A stretch of 64,000 bases of DNA from Fimbriiglobus sp. GTDB taxonomy: Bacteria; Planctomycetota; Planctomycetia; Gemmatales; Gemmataceae. This document shows, piece by piece, positions 17,940 through 27,628 of the stretch (the first letter of the stretch is position 1; each line of letters begins with the position of its first letter). The stretch spans positions 1,028-65,027 of the forward strand of contig JAYVUZ010000240.1 in the NCBI GenBank assembly GCA_043787415.1, read 5' to 3'. The notes under the pieces are model-generated. The model did no database searches, was not told the DNA's origin, and saw only the letters and a list, made by a program, of their open reading frames with translations. A program made the position numbers and the translations under genes.

Positions 17940-18439
17940 CCACCCGCCGCACGACGGTCGCCCGACTGGCGGCTCTTGCCGCCGGGCTGGGGCTGCTGGC
18001 CGGCTGCGGCGGCGGCCCCCGGCTGGCCCGGGTGAGCGGGGTCGTCACCCTCGACGGCAAGCCGTACCCGAACGCCGTGGTGTCCTTCCAGCCGATCGGC
18101 GGGAAGGACAACGAGAACCCCGGGGGCGGGTCGATGGGCGTGACCGATGCCAGCGGCCGGTTCGTCCTCAAGACAGTCGAACGGGCCGAGGGGGCGGTGG
18201 TCGGCCGGCACCGGGTCCGCATCAGCACGCTGCCGGGGAAGGGGACTGTCGAGGTGACCGACACCGGCACCGTGGACGGGGTCATCCTGCCCAAAGGCAA
18301 GAAGCCGGACATGGACCTTGATGACTTCCCCATGTCCTGGAACGAGAAGTCGGACCACACCTTCGACGTACCCGCCGGCGGTACTGACAAGGCCAACTTC
18401 GATGCGGTAACGGATAAGAAGTCCGCCCGGAAGAAGTAG
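17936..18439 (+). CDS. Lipoprotein, carboxypeptidase-regulatory-like beta-sandwich (usual DUF1559 partner)
   Basis: ATGA overlap with the upstream gene. Lipobox [18 protein letters not shown] ... TDASGRF pattern. Confidence 0.7.
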   Translation: MTTRRTTVARLAALAAGLGLLAGCGGGPRLARVSGVVTLDGKPYPNAVVSFQPIGGKDNENPGGGSMGVTDASGRFVLKTVERAEGAVVGRHRVRISTLPGKGTVEVTDTGTVDGVILPKGKKPDMDLDDFPMSWNEKSDHTFDVPAGGTDKANFDAVTDKKSARKK

Positions 18440-18461
18440 GGCCGGCCGCCGGCCGTTCGTT

Positions 18462-18511
18462 GCGACCGCCGCCCCCGCCACCTACATTGGCGGGGGTGGT
18501 CGCCTCGTTTT
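18462..18511 (+). terminator. Rho-independent-type terminator
   Basis: gcgacc..cccccgcca / tggcggggg.ggtcgc stem, followed by ctcgtttt. Confidence 0.55.
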
Positions 18512-18527
18512 CCCCTCTGGGCGGGTC

Positions 18528-19988
18528 ATGTCGAAGGTCAACGTGCTGGTGGTCGGCAAGGGCGGGCGGGAACACGCCCTGGTCTGGAAACTCGCGCAGT
18601 CGCCCCGGGCCGGCATCGTCTACTGCTGCCCCGGCAACGCCGGCACCGCGGCCCACGGCACCAACGTCCCGTTCGACCCGTCCGACTTCGAGCGGGTGGC
18701 CCGGTACTGCCGCACCGAGTCCGTCGGGCTGGTGGTCATCGGCCCGGAAGACCCGCTCGCCCTCGGCCTGAGCGACTACCTGCGGGCCAAGGGGGTGCGG
18801 GTGTTCGGCCCAACCAAGTCGGCCGCCCGGGTGGAAACCAGCAAGGTGTTCGCCAAGGAGCTGATGCGGCACGCCGACGTGCCGACGGCCGACTTCCGCG
18901 TGTTCGACCACCCCGAGCCGGCCCGCACCTACCTGGACACCCGCGACTACCCGACGGTGGTGAAGGCCGACGGGCTGGCGGCGGGGAAGGGGGTCATCGT
19001 CTGCAAGGACACCCCGGCCGCGAAGGTGGCCGTCAAACGGATCATGGTGGACGAAGAGTTCGGGGCGAAGGCCGGCCGCACCGTGGTGATCGAGAAGCGG
19101 CTGGACGGCGAAGAGGTGTCGGTGCTGGCGCTGGTGAGCGGGCGGACGGTGCTGCCGCTGCCGCCGTGCCAGGACCACAAGCCGGCCCTCGACGGGGACA
19201 AGGGGCCGAACACCGGCGGCATGGGCGCGTACTGCCCGGCCCCCATCGGCACGCCGGAGCTGATGAAGCAGTTCGAGGCCGAGGTGTTCGTGCCGACAGT
19301 CCACGCCCTGAAGCGGAGCCGCAACCCGTTCCAGGGGGTGCTGTTCGCCGGCCTCATGCTCACGCCGCAAGGGCCGCGGGTGCTGGAGTTCAACTGCCGG
19401 TTCGGCGACCCCGAAACCCAGTGCCTGATGGTGCGGCTCAAGACGGACCTGCTCGATTTGCTGGAAGCCGTGGCCGACGAGCGGCTCGGCGAGTTCGCCG
19501 ACGACAAGCTGGCGTGGGATCCGCGGCCGGCGGTGTGCGTGGTGCTGGCCAGCGGCGGCTACCCCGGCAAGTACGACGTGGGGAAGACGATCACTGGCCT
19601 GGGTGTGGCGGCCGCGCTGCCGGACGTGCAGGTGTTCCACGCCGGCACCAAGGCGGCCGGCGACCGGGTGCTGACGGACGGCGGCCGGGTGCTAGCGGTG
19701 ACGGCCCTCGGCAAAGACTTGGCGGCGGCCAAGGCACGGGCCTACGAGGCAGTCAAGCTCATCCAGTTCGCCGGGATGCACTACCGCACCGACATCGCCG
19801 ACAAGGCACTCCAGCGGAAGCCGGCAAAGGCGGCCAAAGTGTCAGACCCGTCCAAGCCGCGGCCGACCATGCCCCAGCGCAAGGCCGACGGCGTACAGGC
19901 CGGCTCCGCCGACCGCCGGGGCGAGGTGAAACGGGTCGGTGTACCCGACGGCGAAATGGACCCCGACCGCCGGCCCGAACCCGAGTAG
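18528..19988 (+). CDS. purD: Phosphoribosylamine--glycine ligase with a low-complexity C-terminal tail of about 60 aa
   Basis: VLVVGKGGREHAL, ATP-grasp core, canonical end near ...HYRTDIADKAL, then a K/P/R/D-rich tail to the stop at 19988. Confidence 0.93.
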   Translation: MSKVNVLVVGKGGREHALVWKLAQSPRAGIVYCCPGNAGTAAHGTNVPFDPSDFERVARYCRTESVGLVVIGPEDPLALGLSDYLRAKGVRVFGPTKSAARVETSKVFAKELMRHADVPTADFRVFDHPEPARTYLDTRDYPTVVKADGLAAGKGVIVCKDTPAAKVAVKRIMVDEEFGAKAGRTVVIEKRLDGEEVSVLALVSGRTVLPLPPCQDHKPALDGDKGPNTGGMGAYCPAPIGTPELMKQFEAEVFVPTVHALKRSRNPFQGVLFAGLMLTPQGPRVLEFNCRFGDPETQCLMVRLKTDLLDLLEAVADERLGEFADDKLAWDPRPAVCVVLASGGYPGKYDVGKTITGLGVAAALPDVQVFHAGTKAAGDRVLTDGGRVLAVTALGKDLAAAKARAYEAVKLIQFAGMHYRTDIADKALQRKPAKAAKVSDPSKPRPTMPQRKADGVQAGSADRRGEVKRVGVPDGEMDPDRRPEPE

Positions 19989-19993
19989 ACCGC

Positions 19994-20305
19994 TCAGGGC
20001 CAGGCTCTGCCGGAGTGACCGCGACGGCCGGGCGTGCCAGGCGACACCCCGCAGCAGGCCGCCGCCCCGCCGAACCCGGCCCGGTCGTGGGCGACGAGCG
20101 GCACCAGCCGCGGGTTCAGCAGGTCGAGGGCAGCTCGGTCGGTGCCCAGGAACACGAGGTCTTCCGGGACGAATACCACCGTCATGCCGTAGCCGGCGAT
20201 GGTGCAGCCGGCGGCCGTCATGCCGGCGGCCGTGGCCAGCAGTAGCCACCGGCGGGGGCGGGGCGGCAGTTCGGCCGGCTTCAGTGTGCCACGGGTCAGC
20301 CCCAT
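19994..20305 (-). CDS. Truncated or decayed paralogue of the upstream small membrane protein
   Basis: ATG at 20305 overlaps the upstream stop by 10 nt. Has one TM, then FVPEDLVFLG...HDRAGFGG, which parallels FLPHDLAYLG...HDRAAFGG of the neighbour. The C-terminus turns Arg/Gly/Pro-rich. Confidence 0.4.
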   Translation of the reverse strand: MGLTRGTLKPAELPPRPRRWLLLATAAGMTAAGCTIAGYGMTVVFVPEDLVFLGTDRAALDLLNPRLVPLVAHDRAGFGGAAACCGVSPGTPGRRGHSGRAWP

Positions 20306-20736
20306 GCCGGCCGCGAAGCCGGGGCTAGGGCCAGGGTGGCGACCCCGTGCCAGGTGTCCAGGTAGCCGGTGCCGAGGTACGTCAGAAAGCTGGCGAATCC
20401 GACCAGCCCGCTGGCCAGCAGGGTGTGCCAGGCCCATCGCTCGCCGGCCGCTAGCGGGCCACTCACCAGCCACAGGTACATCACCCCAACGGCCGCGAGT
20501 GCGCCGCCGAAGGCGGCCCGGTCGTGGATCATGAAGTGGACGACGCGACACTGGTTCACGCCGCACAGTTGGTCGGCCGACTGCCCAAGGTAAGCCAGGT
20601 CGTGTGGCAGGAACTCGCCGCGGGCGGCCAGGAACAGGGCGAACAGACCGTTACCTAGCAGGGCCAGTCCGTCCAAGGCGAGCAACGGCCGGCCGTCGCC
20701 GACCAGCAGCCGGATGAGGCCGGGGTCGGCAGTCAT
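20296..20736 (-). CDS. Small integral membrane protein (146 aa), translationally coupled to the desaturase
   Basis: ATG at 20736 overlaps the desaturase stop (ATGA). Three to four hydrophobic segments. No family recognised. Confidence 0.6.
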   Translation of the reverse strand: MTADPGLIRLLVGDGRPLLALDGLALLGNGLFALFLAARGEFLPHDLAYLGQSADQLCGVNQCRVVHFMIHDRAAFGGALAAVGVMYLWLVSGPLAAGERWAWHTLLASGLVGFASFLTYLGTGYLDTWHGVATLALAPASRPAWG

Positions 20737-21590
20737 CGGCCGACCCTGACGGCGGGGACACCGGCCCGGTCCAAGTGAGGGTCGAGTCGGCGGGCCAGTT
20801 CCGGCCAGTGGTGGTGTGGCACGCCCGGGTACAGGTGGTGTTCGAGGTGGTACAAGTGCTCGAAGGCGATCACCCGGGCCACCCGGCCACGGACCCGCCG
20901 GGTCTGGCCGAGCGGCCCGTCGCCGTCCGGGGTGTACGGCAGGTATGCCAGCGCGAACGGGAACACCCATGCCCCGGCCACGCACAGGAGGAGGTAGGCC
21001 GCCGGCCACGGCGTCCGCCAGACCGCCGCCGCGGCGACGAGGGCGGCGGCGAGGCTGATGGTCAGTGCTGCTTCCATAAGCAACCGCCGGCGGTCGGTCG
21101 GGTGGTGCCGCATCGCCCACAGCCACAGCTGGGGGACGTATACCGGGCCGACGAGCAGTGCCCGCCACCAGCTCGCATGGGCCGCCGCCCCTTCCACATC
21201 GTCGGCGTGGGGATAACGGGCATGGTGGTGGCGATGGGCCAGTTTGTACGCCCGACCGCTGCGGAAAGTGACCGCTTCGATCAGGGTGAGGAGAAGGTCG
21301 TTCCACCGCCGCGGCAGCCCGAGCGAGCCGTGGACCAGGTCGTGCGAGGTGGACCCGTAGGTGACGAACATCAGCCCAGCGGCGGCCAGCACCGCCAGGG
21401 GCCACACGCCCCAGGTCGCGGCGGCGACGTACCCGGTGATGAAGGCCGCCGGCAGCAGCAGGGACACGGCAACCCGCCAGCGCGGCAGCCGGAGCAGGTC
21501 CGGGGCGATGTCGCGGAGGCGGGGCAGGGGGTGAGACACGGGCGGCCTCTCTCGACGAACTACCCGCGAACGCCGGCCGGCCGGCAACAT
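20733..21590 (-). CDS. Fatty acid desaturase family protein
   Basis: Three His boxes: HDLVH, HRHHH, HLEHH. Membrane-spanning N-terminus. Confidence 0.88.
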   Translation of the reverse strand: MLPAGRRSRVVRRERPPVSHPLPRLRDIAPDLLRLPRWRVAVSLLLPAAFITGYVAAATWGVWPLAVLAAAGLMFVTYGSTSHDLVHGSLGLPRRWNDLLLTLIEAVTFRSGRAYKLAHRHHHARYPHADDVEGAAAHASWWRALLVGPVYVPQLWLWAMRHHPTDRRRLLMEAALTISLAAALVAAAAVWRTPWPAAYLLLCVAGAWVFPFALAYLPYTPDGDGPLGQTRRVRGRVARVIAFEHLYHLEHHLYPGVPHHHWPELARRLDPHLDRAGVPAVRVGR

Positions 21591-21606
21591 CGGTCAGGCG
21601 TTCGGG

Positions 21607-22299
21607 TCAATTCACCTGCGGCCGGCGGAACAGGTCGGCGACCGCGATCAGCCCGCGATCGACGCCGTCGAGAACGACTGGCAACTGCTGGCCGGCGGCG
21701 TACACGGCGGTCGCGGCGTAGGTGTCGCCGGCCGGCCGGGTGTACACCTCGACCTGCCGCTGCGGGACGTTGACCACCCAGTAAACCGGCACCCCGGCCG
21801 CCGCGTAGACGGCCAGCTTTTCCCGCTGGTCGCGGCGGAGGCTGGCGTCGGCCACCTCGACGAACAGGACGATGTCCGCCGGCCCCGGGTGACGGGTGGC
21901 GTAAGTCAGGTCCGGCCCGCGGGCGATGCTCAGGTCCGGCTCCGGCTCGCTGTCGTCGCCGAGCGTGGCTGCCGTCTGCGGGCCGACCGACCAGTCGTCG
22001 CTCAATGTCCGGTTGAAGTACTTGGTGAGCACACGGATCGGGTAATCGTGGTCGGGGCCGCGGCTCATCTGGTTCACCACGAATCCGTTCAGGAGTTCGA
22101 CGCGCTCGCCGTCGGCCAGCACCCCGGCCTTGAGCATGGCGTGGTATTCGGCCACGGTGAACCGCCGCAGCCCTTCCAGCCCGCCGTACGGCGGATCGTC
22201 GGCTTCGACGGGCGGGGCGGACGCGGCCCCCGGCAGGATCGCCTTCGGCGGCGGGGTGACGGTCGTCGGGTCGGGCGGGGCCAGCGTCGCGGCACTCAT
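21607..22299 (-). CDS. Uma2 family (DUF820) endonuclease
   Basis: FTVAEYHAML...GERVELLNG..., EPDLSI, FVEVADAS motifs of the Uma2 PD-(D/E)xK family. ATG at 22299 is preceded by GGAGGA. Confidence 0.85.
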   Translation of the reverse strand: MSAATLAPPDPTTVTPPPKAILPGAASAPPVEADDPPYGGLEGLRRFTVAEYHAMLKAGVLADGERVELLNGFVVNQMSRGPDHDYPIRVLTKYFNRTLSDDWSVGPQTAATLGDDSEPEPDLSIARGPDLTYATRHPGPADIVLFVEVADASLRRDQREKLAVYAAAGVPVYWVVNVPQRQVEVYTRPAGDTYAATAVYAAGQQLPVVLDGVDRGLIAVADLFRRPQVN

Positions 22300-22339
22300 A
22301 CTCGTCCTCCTCGCCTTCCCTTGTACCACACCGCCGGCG

Positions 22340-22948
22340 TCAGCCACACACCACCCGCCGGCCGTCAACCCGCCAGCCCCCGGCCGCGATGCGTGAAATC
22401 GCCTCCGGCAACGCCCCGCATTCGGCGTCGTACACCCGGGCGGCCAGCGTCTCCGGCGTGTCGTCGCCCAGTACCGGTACCGCCCGCTGCACCACCACCG
22501 GGCCGGTGTCGTAGGTGTCGTCGGCGAAATGGACGGTGCAGCCGCTCACCTTCGCCCCGTAGGCCAGCACCGCCTCATGGACGTGTCGGCCGTACATGCC
22601 CTTGCCACCGAACGCCGGCAGCAGCGACGGGTGGATGTTCAGCACCCGATGCCGGTACGCCGGCGGGATGCGGAGCAGGTGCAACCAGCCCGCCATGACA
22701 ACCAAGTCCGGGGTGAAGTCGTCCACGGCCGCGAACACCCGGGCGGAGAAGTCGTCGTCCGGGTTTCGCCCGACGACCGCCACCGGCACGCCCGCCCGGC
22801 CGGCCCGGCTGACGGCGAACGCCGCCGGGTCGCTGCTCACCACGCCAGTTATGGCGGCGTTGAGCCGGCCGTCGGCGGTGCGGAAGAGGAGATTTTGGAG
22901 GGTTGTGCCGCCGGCACTGACAAGCACCACGAGGCGGGGTCGGGCCAT
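22340..22948 (-). CDS. purN: Phosphoribosylglycinamide formyltransferase
   Basis: VLVSAGGTTLQ, NIHPSLLPAFGG, GCTVHFADDTYDTGP. Confidence 0.95.
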   Translation of the reverse strand: MARPRLVVLVSAGGTTLQNLLFRTADGRLNAAITGVVSSDPAAFAVSRAGRAGVPVAVVGRNPDDDFSARVFAAVDDFTPDLVVMAGWLHLLRIPPAYRHRVLNIHPSLLPAFGGKGMYGRHVHEAVLAYGAKVSGCTVHFADDTYDTGPVVVQRAVPVLGDDTPETLAARVYDAECGALPEAISRIAAGGWRVDGRRVVCG

Positions 22949-22989
22949 TGGCGTGCTACCGTCACTGGTTTAGGGGGCCAGCATAAATT

Positions 22990-25900
22990 ATGCTGTACGG
23001 GAGCCGGCAGCCGAGGACCGCGATGGACGCCTTGTTCCCTGACCTGACGCGCCGGTTCGACGGGGCCAAACTGGTCGGGTATCTGAATTTCTCCGACGGC
23101 CGCCCCGACCCCAAGTTCCGGGCCGGCGTCGCCGACATCTGGGCCGCGCTGCTGGCCGCCGGCGACCCCACGCCCTGGCAGACGCTGCCGCGGTGGCTGA
23201 CCGCCCGCGCCGACGAGTTACAGGCTGGCGGGGCGGCCGCCTACGCGGACGTGACCCAGGCGAAAGACGTGATCGCCGGTGGGCTGGTCGAACTGCCGCC
23301 ACTCTACCGCCGGCACCACGCCGACCTGTTAGCCCACCAGCCGGACGACGCCCTGTTCGCCCCGTTCTTCCTGGTCCGCTGTGCCGAGGCGACACTCGCC
23401 GCCCGCGGGACGGGCAAGCCGTTGCGGACGGCTCTGGCGGGCCTCAACGACTTCGTCGGCTACCGCCCGATCGCCCTGCTGGAGAGCCGGCCACAGACCG
23501 ACTTCTACCCGCACGAAAAAGTGGCCCCGGTGCCGCTCTACTTCCGCGGCGTCGGCGCCGCGCCGGGCAAGTACGCCGACGTGGTGCGGCCGACGCTGGA
23601 ACTGTTGGCCGCCACCAACCCCGACCGCCTCGCCGCCGCCTCGTTCGACCTGACCCGCATGGACGAGCTGGCGATGGACCCGCGGGCGGTGGATCACTTC
23701 CACCCGGTGAACAAGCGGCCGAGCGTGCTGTTCGGCGAGTGGGACCCGCACCGCATCGACAACCAGGGCTACTACCGCCGGTTCGTTCTGCGGCAGCCGA
23801 CCTTGGACGCTCTGTTGAAGTGGGCCGGCGACGGCGGCCGGTGGTTCGAGGCGGCCGCCGCCCTGTGCGGCACCATCCTGATGGGTGCCGGTGTCTCCGG
23901 CAGCGGGCCGACCGACCACGACAGCTCGGTGACGCTGTCCGGGCTGGTGCAGAAAATCGCCCGCTACCGGGACGACTTTTACAAGCACTTGCTCGCCGAG
24001 TCGCGGGGGCCGGACGGCGACCGGCTCCGCGACGAGGCGGCCCGGCTGAAGCAGCCGTTCGCCGGCGTGCGGCAGTACCTGAACGCCACCATCGCCGCCG
24101 AACGGGCACTCCACCTCCAGGAACGCCGGCTGGCCCTGCTGTTCGCCAGCATGGGCTACCCGGCTGCGGCCCGGGAGCGGGCCGGCCGCATCCCCGCCCC
24201 GGCCGCCCGGTTTGCCACCGAGGTGCGGCTGCGGCAGACCGAGGCCGGGCAGGCGGTGCTGGCCGGCAAGCTGGCCGACGCCCGCCGGCTGCTCGGCGAG
24301 GCCGAGGACTTGTTGCACCGCGGCATCAACTGCGGGGCGCTCATCGACCCGTGGAACATCCTCGGCTACCAGGGGCTGTTCCCGATCTTCCCCGGCCGGG
24401 ATGACACCGTCCGCGACCCCCGGGCCGAAGACCTGATCCTGACCGTCGGCCGGCAGTTCGACGTGTACGCCCAGGGGCTGGCCGCCGCCGCCGCCGGGCC
24501 GCACAAGCCGGCCGAGGCCGGCTACCGGGAGGGGCTGAGTGAACTCGCCGGGTGGTGGGACAAGTACGCCACCCCGGCCGTCAGCGACCTGCCGAAGGTG
24601 CAGGGGCAGGAGCGGGCCGATGCCGCCGACCACGTGGCCAAGGCGCTGGCCCTGTGGCAGACCGGCGGGGCCTCCGACCCGGCCTTCTGGCGGACACACC
24701 GGGATGGGTTCCAGACCCCGGCCGCCTTCGCCCAGGTGATCGACGCCCTGCTGGGTCGCAACGATCATCGGGCGGCGCTCGCCCTGCTCGTGACGTGGCT
24801 GAGCGAGGCCGACCGGGTGCCGCTGCAAGACCCGTCGGCGACGTTCGTCCGGCTGGCCTTCCGCTGGCTGCGGGCGGTCATGTCCGGCGACCTCGCGGCC
24901 GACGAGCGGCGGGCGCTGGTGAAGCGGTTCTTCGAGCTGCTCGAAGCGAATGCCGACGACCGCTGGAGTGTGCCGGACCTCGGCCTCGGGTCGGACCGGG
25001 ACGAAGATGAAGAGGAGGACGACGACGACGAGGACGACACTTTCTCCTCGGCCTACGAGGGGATGACGTTCCAGGACTCGGCCGACGACGGGGAAGAGGG
25101 GAGCGTTGCCGAAGGCGGGCCGGCGCAACAGGCCGGGGAGTTCCCGCTGGACGGCGACAGCGACCGGGCCGAGGACAGTTTGCGGTTCCTGGCGGCCGTC
25201 GCCCGGCTGTGGCGGACCGCCGCCCGGCCGGACCTGTGGGCGGCCGACCCGGCGGCAGTCGGCGAGTGGCTACGGGCGGCCCGCTCCAACCTGAGCGAGC
25301 TGCGGCACCTCACGGAGCGGCTGCACGCCATCGAGATTCCGGAGCCGACCAGCGGCCTGGAAGGGGTGATGGAGTACGACCGCCGGCGGAGTCTCAAGGG
25401 CCACCTGCTCGACCAGACGGTGCAGACGGCCGTCGAGACGGCGGCGGCCGCGCGGGCACTCGCGGCGGCGGTGCCGCGGTCGGCCGAGTTGCCCGGCCCC
25501 CGCGCTCAACTGTCGGGGCCGACCATCGACCTGCCGCCGTGGGAGCCGGCCGCGGTACGGCTGGAGCGGGCCATCGCCACCGCCGACGCGGCGGCCGCCC
25601 GGAAGGTGCTGCCGGGCTTCATCCAGGCGTTCCGGCACGAGCCGCTGTTGGTGAGTCCGCCGGCGGACGGCGGGCCGCCCGGCCCGGCGGTGCGGGCGCA
25701 GTCTGCCCTACAGATGGTGGAAAGCCTGCTGGCCCGGCTCCCCCGGCTGGGGCTGCTGCGCGAAACCTATCAGCTCACCCGGCTGGCCCGGGTGATGGAG
25801 CGGAACGACCCGCCGGACGGGAAACGGGTGAGCAGCTTCGACCAGTTGTTCCGCACCGGCGTCACCGGCGTGGTGGACGCCCTGTTGGTGGCCGGCCGGG

Positions 25901-26913
25901 ACTGGGGCGAGGACGCGGCCGAGGACGGGCCGCTGGCCACCGCCTTGCGACAAGCCGCCGACTCGTTCCACTCGCTGTGGGTGGACCACAGCGGCGGGCT
26001 TCGCCTGAGCGCCCTGGAAGGGGTGCTGGACGCCGACGACTGGGGCGAGGTGCGGGACTTCGTCAAGGGCTACGGCGGCGACCTGTTCAGCGTGCGGTTC
26101 CTCACCTTGTCGAACGTCCGCGGCATCCTGGGGCAGGGGGTGGGCAACTGGCTGGACAAGCAGGTCCTGGAGGCCGACGACCCGCGGCCGAAGCTGGTGG
26201 AGGCGTGGGAAGGCGGTAAGCTCGATCGGACGAAGACGGCCCGGCTGTTCGAGGTGGTGCTGCAATCGCTGGTCGAGCACTACGACGAGTACCGCGATTA
26301 CAACACGACGACGACGCTCAGCGACTACGGCGAGAACCTGTACACCCTGCTCGACTTCCTGCGGCTGAAGGTGCAGTACGACCGCTACGCCTGGCGGCTG
26401 CGGCCGCTGGTGCTGGCCCACGACGGGCTGTGCCGGCAGGGGTTCGACCGCCTGGCGGAGAAGTGGCGGGAGTTCATCGCTAACAAGACAGGCAAGCTGG
26501 CCAACGAGCTGCTGGCGGAACTGGACAAGCGGGAGGTCGAACACGCCGTCAAGCTCCGCACCATCCGCGACCGGCTGGAGGAGCGGTTCATCCAGCCGCT
26601 GCGGATGGACATGGCGGCGGCCCGAGTGGCCCGGGCGGCGACCGCCGCGGCCGACGGCCAGCCGGAGGACAATCCATCCTTCGAGGGGCTGCTGGCCGCC
26701 ATCCGGCCGTTGGCCGACCACCCGAGCGGGGTCGGGCTGGACGTGCCGGCGTGGCTACGGCGGGTCGAGGACGAGTTGCGCAAAGTGAAGGCGGCGTCGG
26801 CCGACGGGGACGCCGAACCGGCCGAGGCGTACCCGTTCCCCGAGGCCGTGCCGCTCGACTTCGACCAGCTCAAGCGGCAGCTCGCCGAGTGGGACAAGCC
26901 GCTGGGGGAGTGA
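22990..26913 (+). CDS. Large hypothetical protein (1307 aa), predicted mostly helical, with an internal poly-acidic tract
   Basis: Single uninterrupted ORF with protein-like composition. DRDEDEEEDDDDEDD tract near aa 660-675. No catalytic or binding motif recognised. The start could instead be ATG at 23023. Confidence 0.8.
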   Translation: MLYGSRQPRTAMDALFPDLTRRFDGAKLVGYLNFSDGRPDPKFRAGVADIWAALLAAGDPTPWQTLPRWLTARADELQAGGAAAYADVTQAKDVIAGGLVELPPLYRRHHADLLAHQPDDALFAPFFLVRCAEATLAARGTGKPLRTALAGLNDFVGYRPIALLESRPQTDFYPHEKVAPVPLYFRGVGAAPGKYADVVRPTLELLAATNPDRLAAASFDLTRMDELAMDPRAVDHFHPVNKRPSVLFGEWDPHRIDNQGYYRRFVLRQPTLDALLKWAGDGGRWFEAAAALCGTILMGAGVSGSGPTDHDSSVTLSGLVQKIARYRDDFYKHLLAESRGPDGDRLRDEAARLKQPFAGVRQYLNATIAAERALHLQERRLALLFASMGYPAAARERAGRIPAPAARFATEVRLRQTEAGQAVLAGKLADARRLLGEAEDLLHRGINCGALIDPWNILGYQGLFPIFPGRDDTVRDPRAEDLILTVGRQFDVYAQGLAAAAAGPHKPAEAGYREGLSELAGWWDKYATPAVSDLPKVQGQERADAADHVAKALALWQTGGASDPAFWRTHRDGFQTPAAFAQVIDALLGRNDHRAALALLVTWLSEADRVPLQDPSATFVRLAFRWLRAVMSGDLAADERRALVKRFFELLEANADDRWSVPDLGLGSDRDEDEEEDDDDEDDTFSSAYEGMTFQDSADDGEEGSVAEGGPAQQAGEFPLDGDSDRAEDSLRFLAAVARLWRTAARPDLWAADPAAVGEWLRAARSNLSELRHLTERLHAIEIPEPTSGLEGVMEYDRRRSLKGHLLDQTVQTAVETAAAARALAAAVPRSAELPGPRAQLSGPTIDLPPWEPAAVRLERAIATADAAAARKVLPGFIQAFRHEPLLVSPPADGGPPGPAVRAQSALQMVESLLARLPRLGLLRETYQLTRLARVMERNDPPDGKRVSSFDQLFRTGVTGVVDALLVAGRDWGEDAAEDGPLATALRQAADSFHSLWVDHSGGLRLSALEGVLDADDWGEVRDFVKGYGGDLFSVRFLTLSNVRGILGQGVGNWLDKQVLEADDPRPKLVEAWEGGKLDRTKTARLFEVVLQSLVEHYDEYRDYNTTTTLSDYGENLYTLLDFLRLKVQYDRYAWRLRPLVLAHDGLCRQGFDRLAEKWREFIANKTGKLANELLAELDKREVEHAVKLRTIRDRLEERFIQPLRMDMAAARVARAATAAADGQPEDNPSFEGLLAAIRPLADHPSGVGLDVPAWLRRVEDELRKVKAASADGDAEPAEAYPFPEAVPLDFDQLKRQLAEWDKPLGE

Positions 26914-26968
26914 CGTTCGTCGGGCGTTTCCGCTCGTCACGCGTGGGCTTCATACCCTCGGCAGCACC

Positions 26969-27628
26969 CTACGAGAACCGTGCCGTCGCTCGCACCGCAC
27001 CCCGCAGCCGTCGGAGGTAGGTCGTCCGTGGCACGTCCGCCGCCCCCAGGCTGCGGGTGTGGTCGTTGACGATCTGCACGTCCCAGAGGACGAACCCGCC
27101 GGCCACCAGCCGGTCCCGTAAGGCCACCAGCGCCACCTTGCTCGCATCACTGGCCCGGTGGAACATCGACTCGGCGGCAAATAGCCCGCCGACCTGCACG
27201 CCGTACACCCCGCCCGCTAGGTCGTTGCCTTGCCACACCTCGACGCTGTGGGCGTGGCCGAGGCGGTGCAGGACGGTGTACGCGGCCAGCATGTCGGCCG
27301 TCACCCAGGTGCCGCCGTCCCGCTCTTCGCCACATGCCGTCATCACTGACGCAAAGGCCTGGTTCGCCGTGGTGCGGAACTGGCCCTTGCGGAGCGTTCG
27401 TTGGAGCGACCGCGAGACGTGCAGGCCGTCCGGCAGCTCGATGACGCCACGGGGGTCGGGCGACCACCACAGCACCGGGTCACCGTCGTTGAACCACGGA
27501 AATACGCCGTCGCCGTAGGCGGCCAGCAGGGTGTGCGGCAGCAAGTCGCCGCCGACCCCCACCAGGCCGTCCGGGCCGGCGTCGGCCGGCGGTTGCCAGA
27601 AGCGTTCCAGAGGGCACCCTCTCACCAA
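26969..27628 (-). CDS. aat: Leucyl/phenylalanyl-tRNA--protein transferase
   Basis: GVFPWF, LWWSPDPR, HSVEVW, GGLFAAESMF. Start is TTG at 27628 or GTG at 27625. Confidence 0.92.
   Translation of the reverse strand: MVRGCPLERFWQPPADAGPDGLVGVGGDLLPHTLLAAYGDGVFPWFNDGDPVLWWSPDPRGVIELPDGLHVSRSLQRTLRKGQFRTTANQAFASVMTACGEERDGGTWVTADMLAAYTVLHRLGHAHSVEVWQGNDLAGGVYGVQVGGLFAAESMFHRASDASKVALVALRDRLVAGGFVLWDVQIVNDHTRSLGAADVPRTTYLRRLRGAVRATARFS

Noticed and set aside
19994-20736. Interpreting 20296-20736 plus 19994-20566 as one frameshifted gene with an internal duplication.
   Set aside because: An ATG at 20305 overlapping the first stop gives a normal coupled two-gene layout, so a frameshift at this junction is not required. 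A separate possible frameshift further downstream is reported as a finding.
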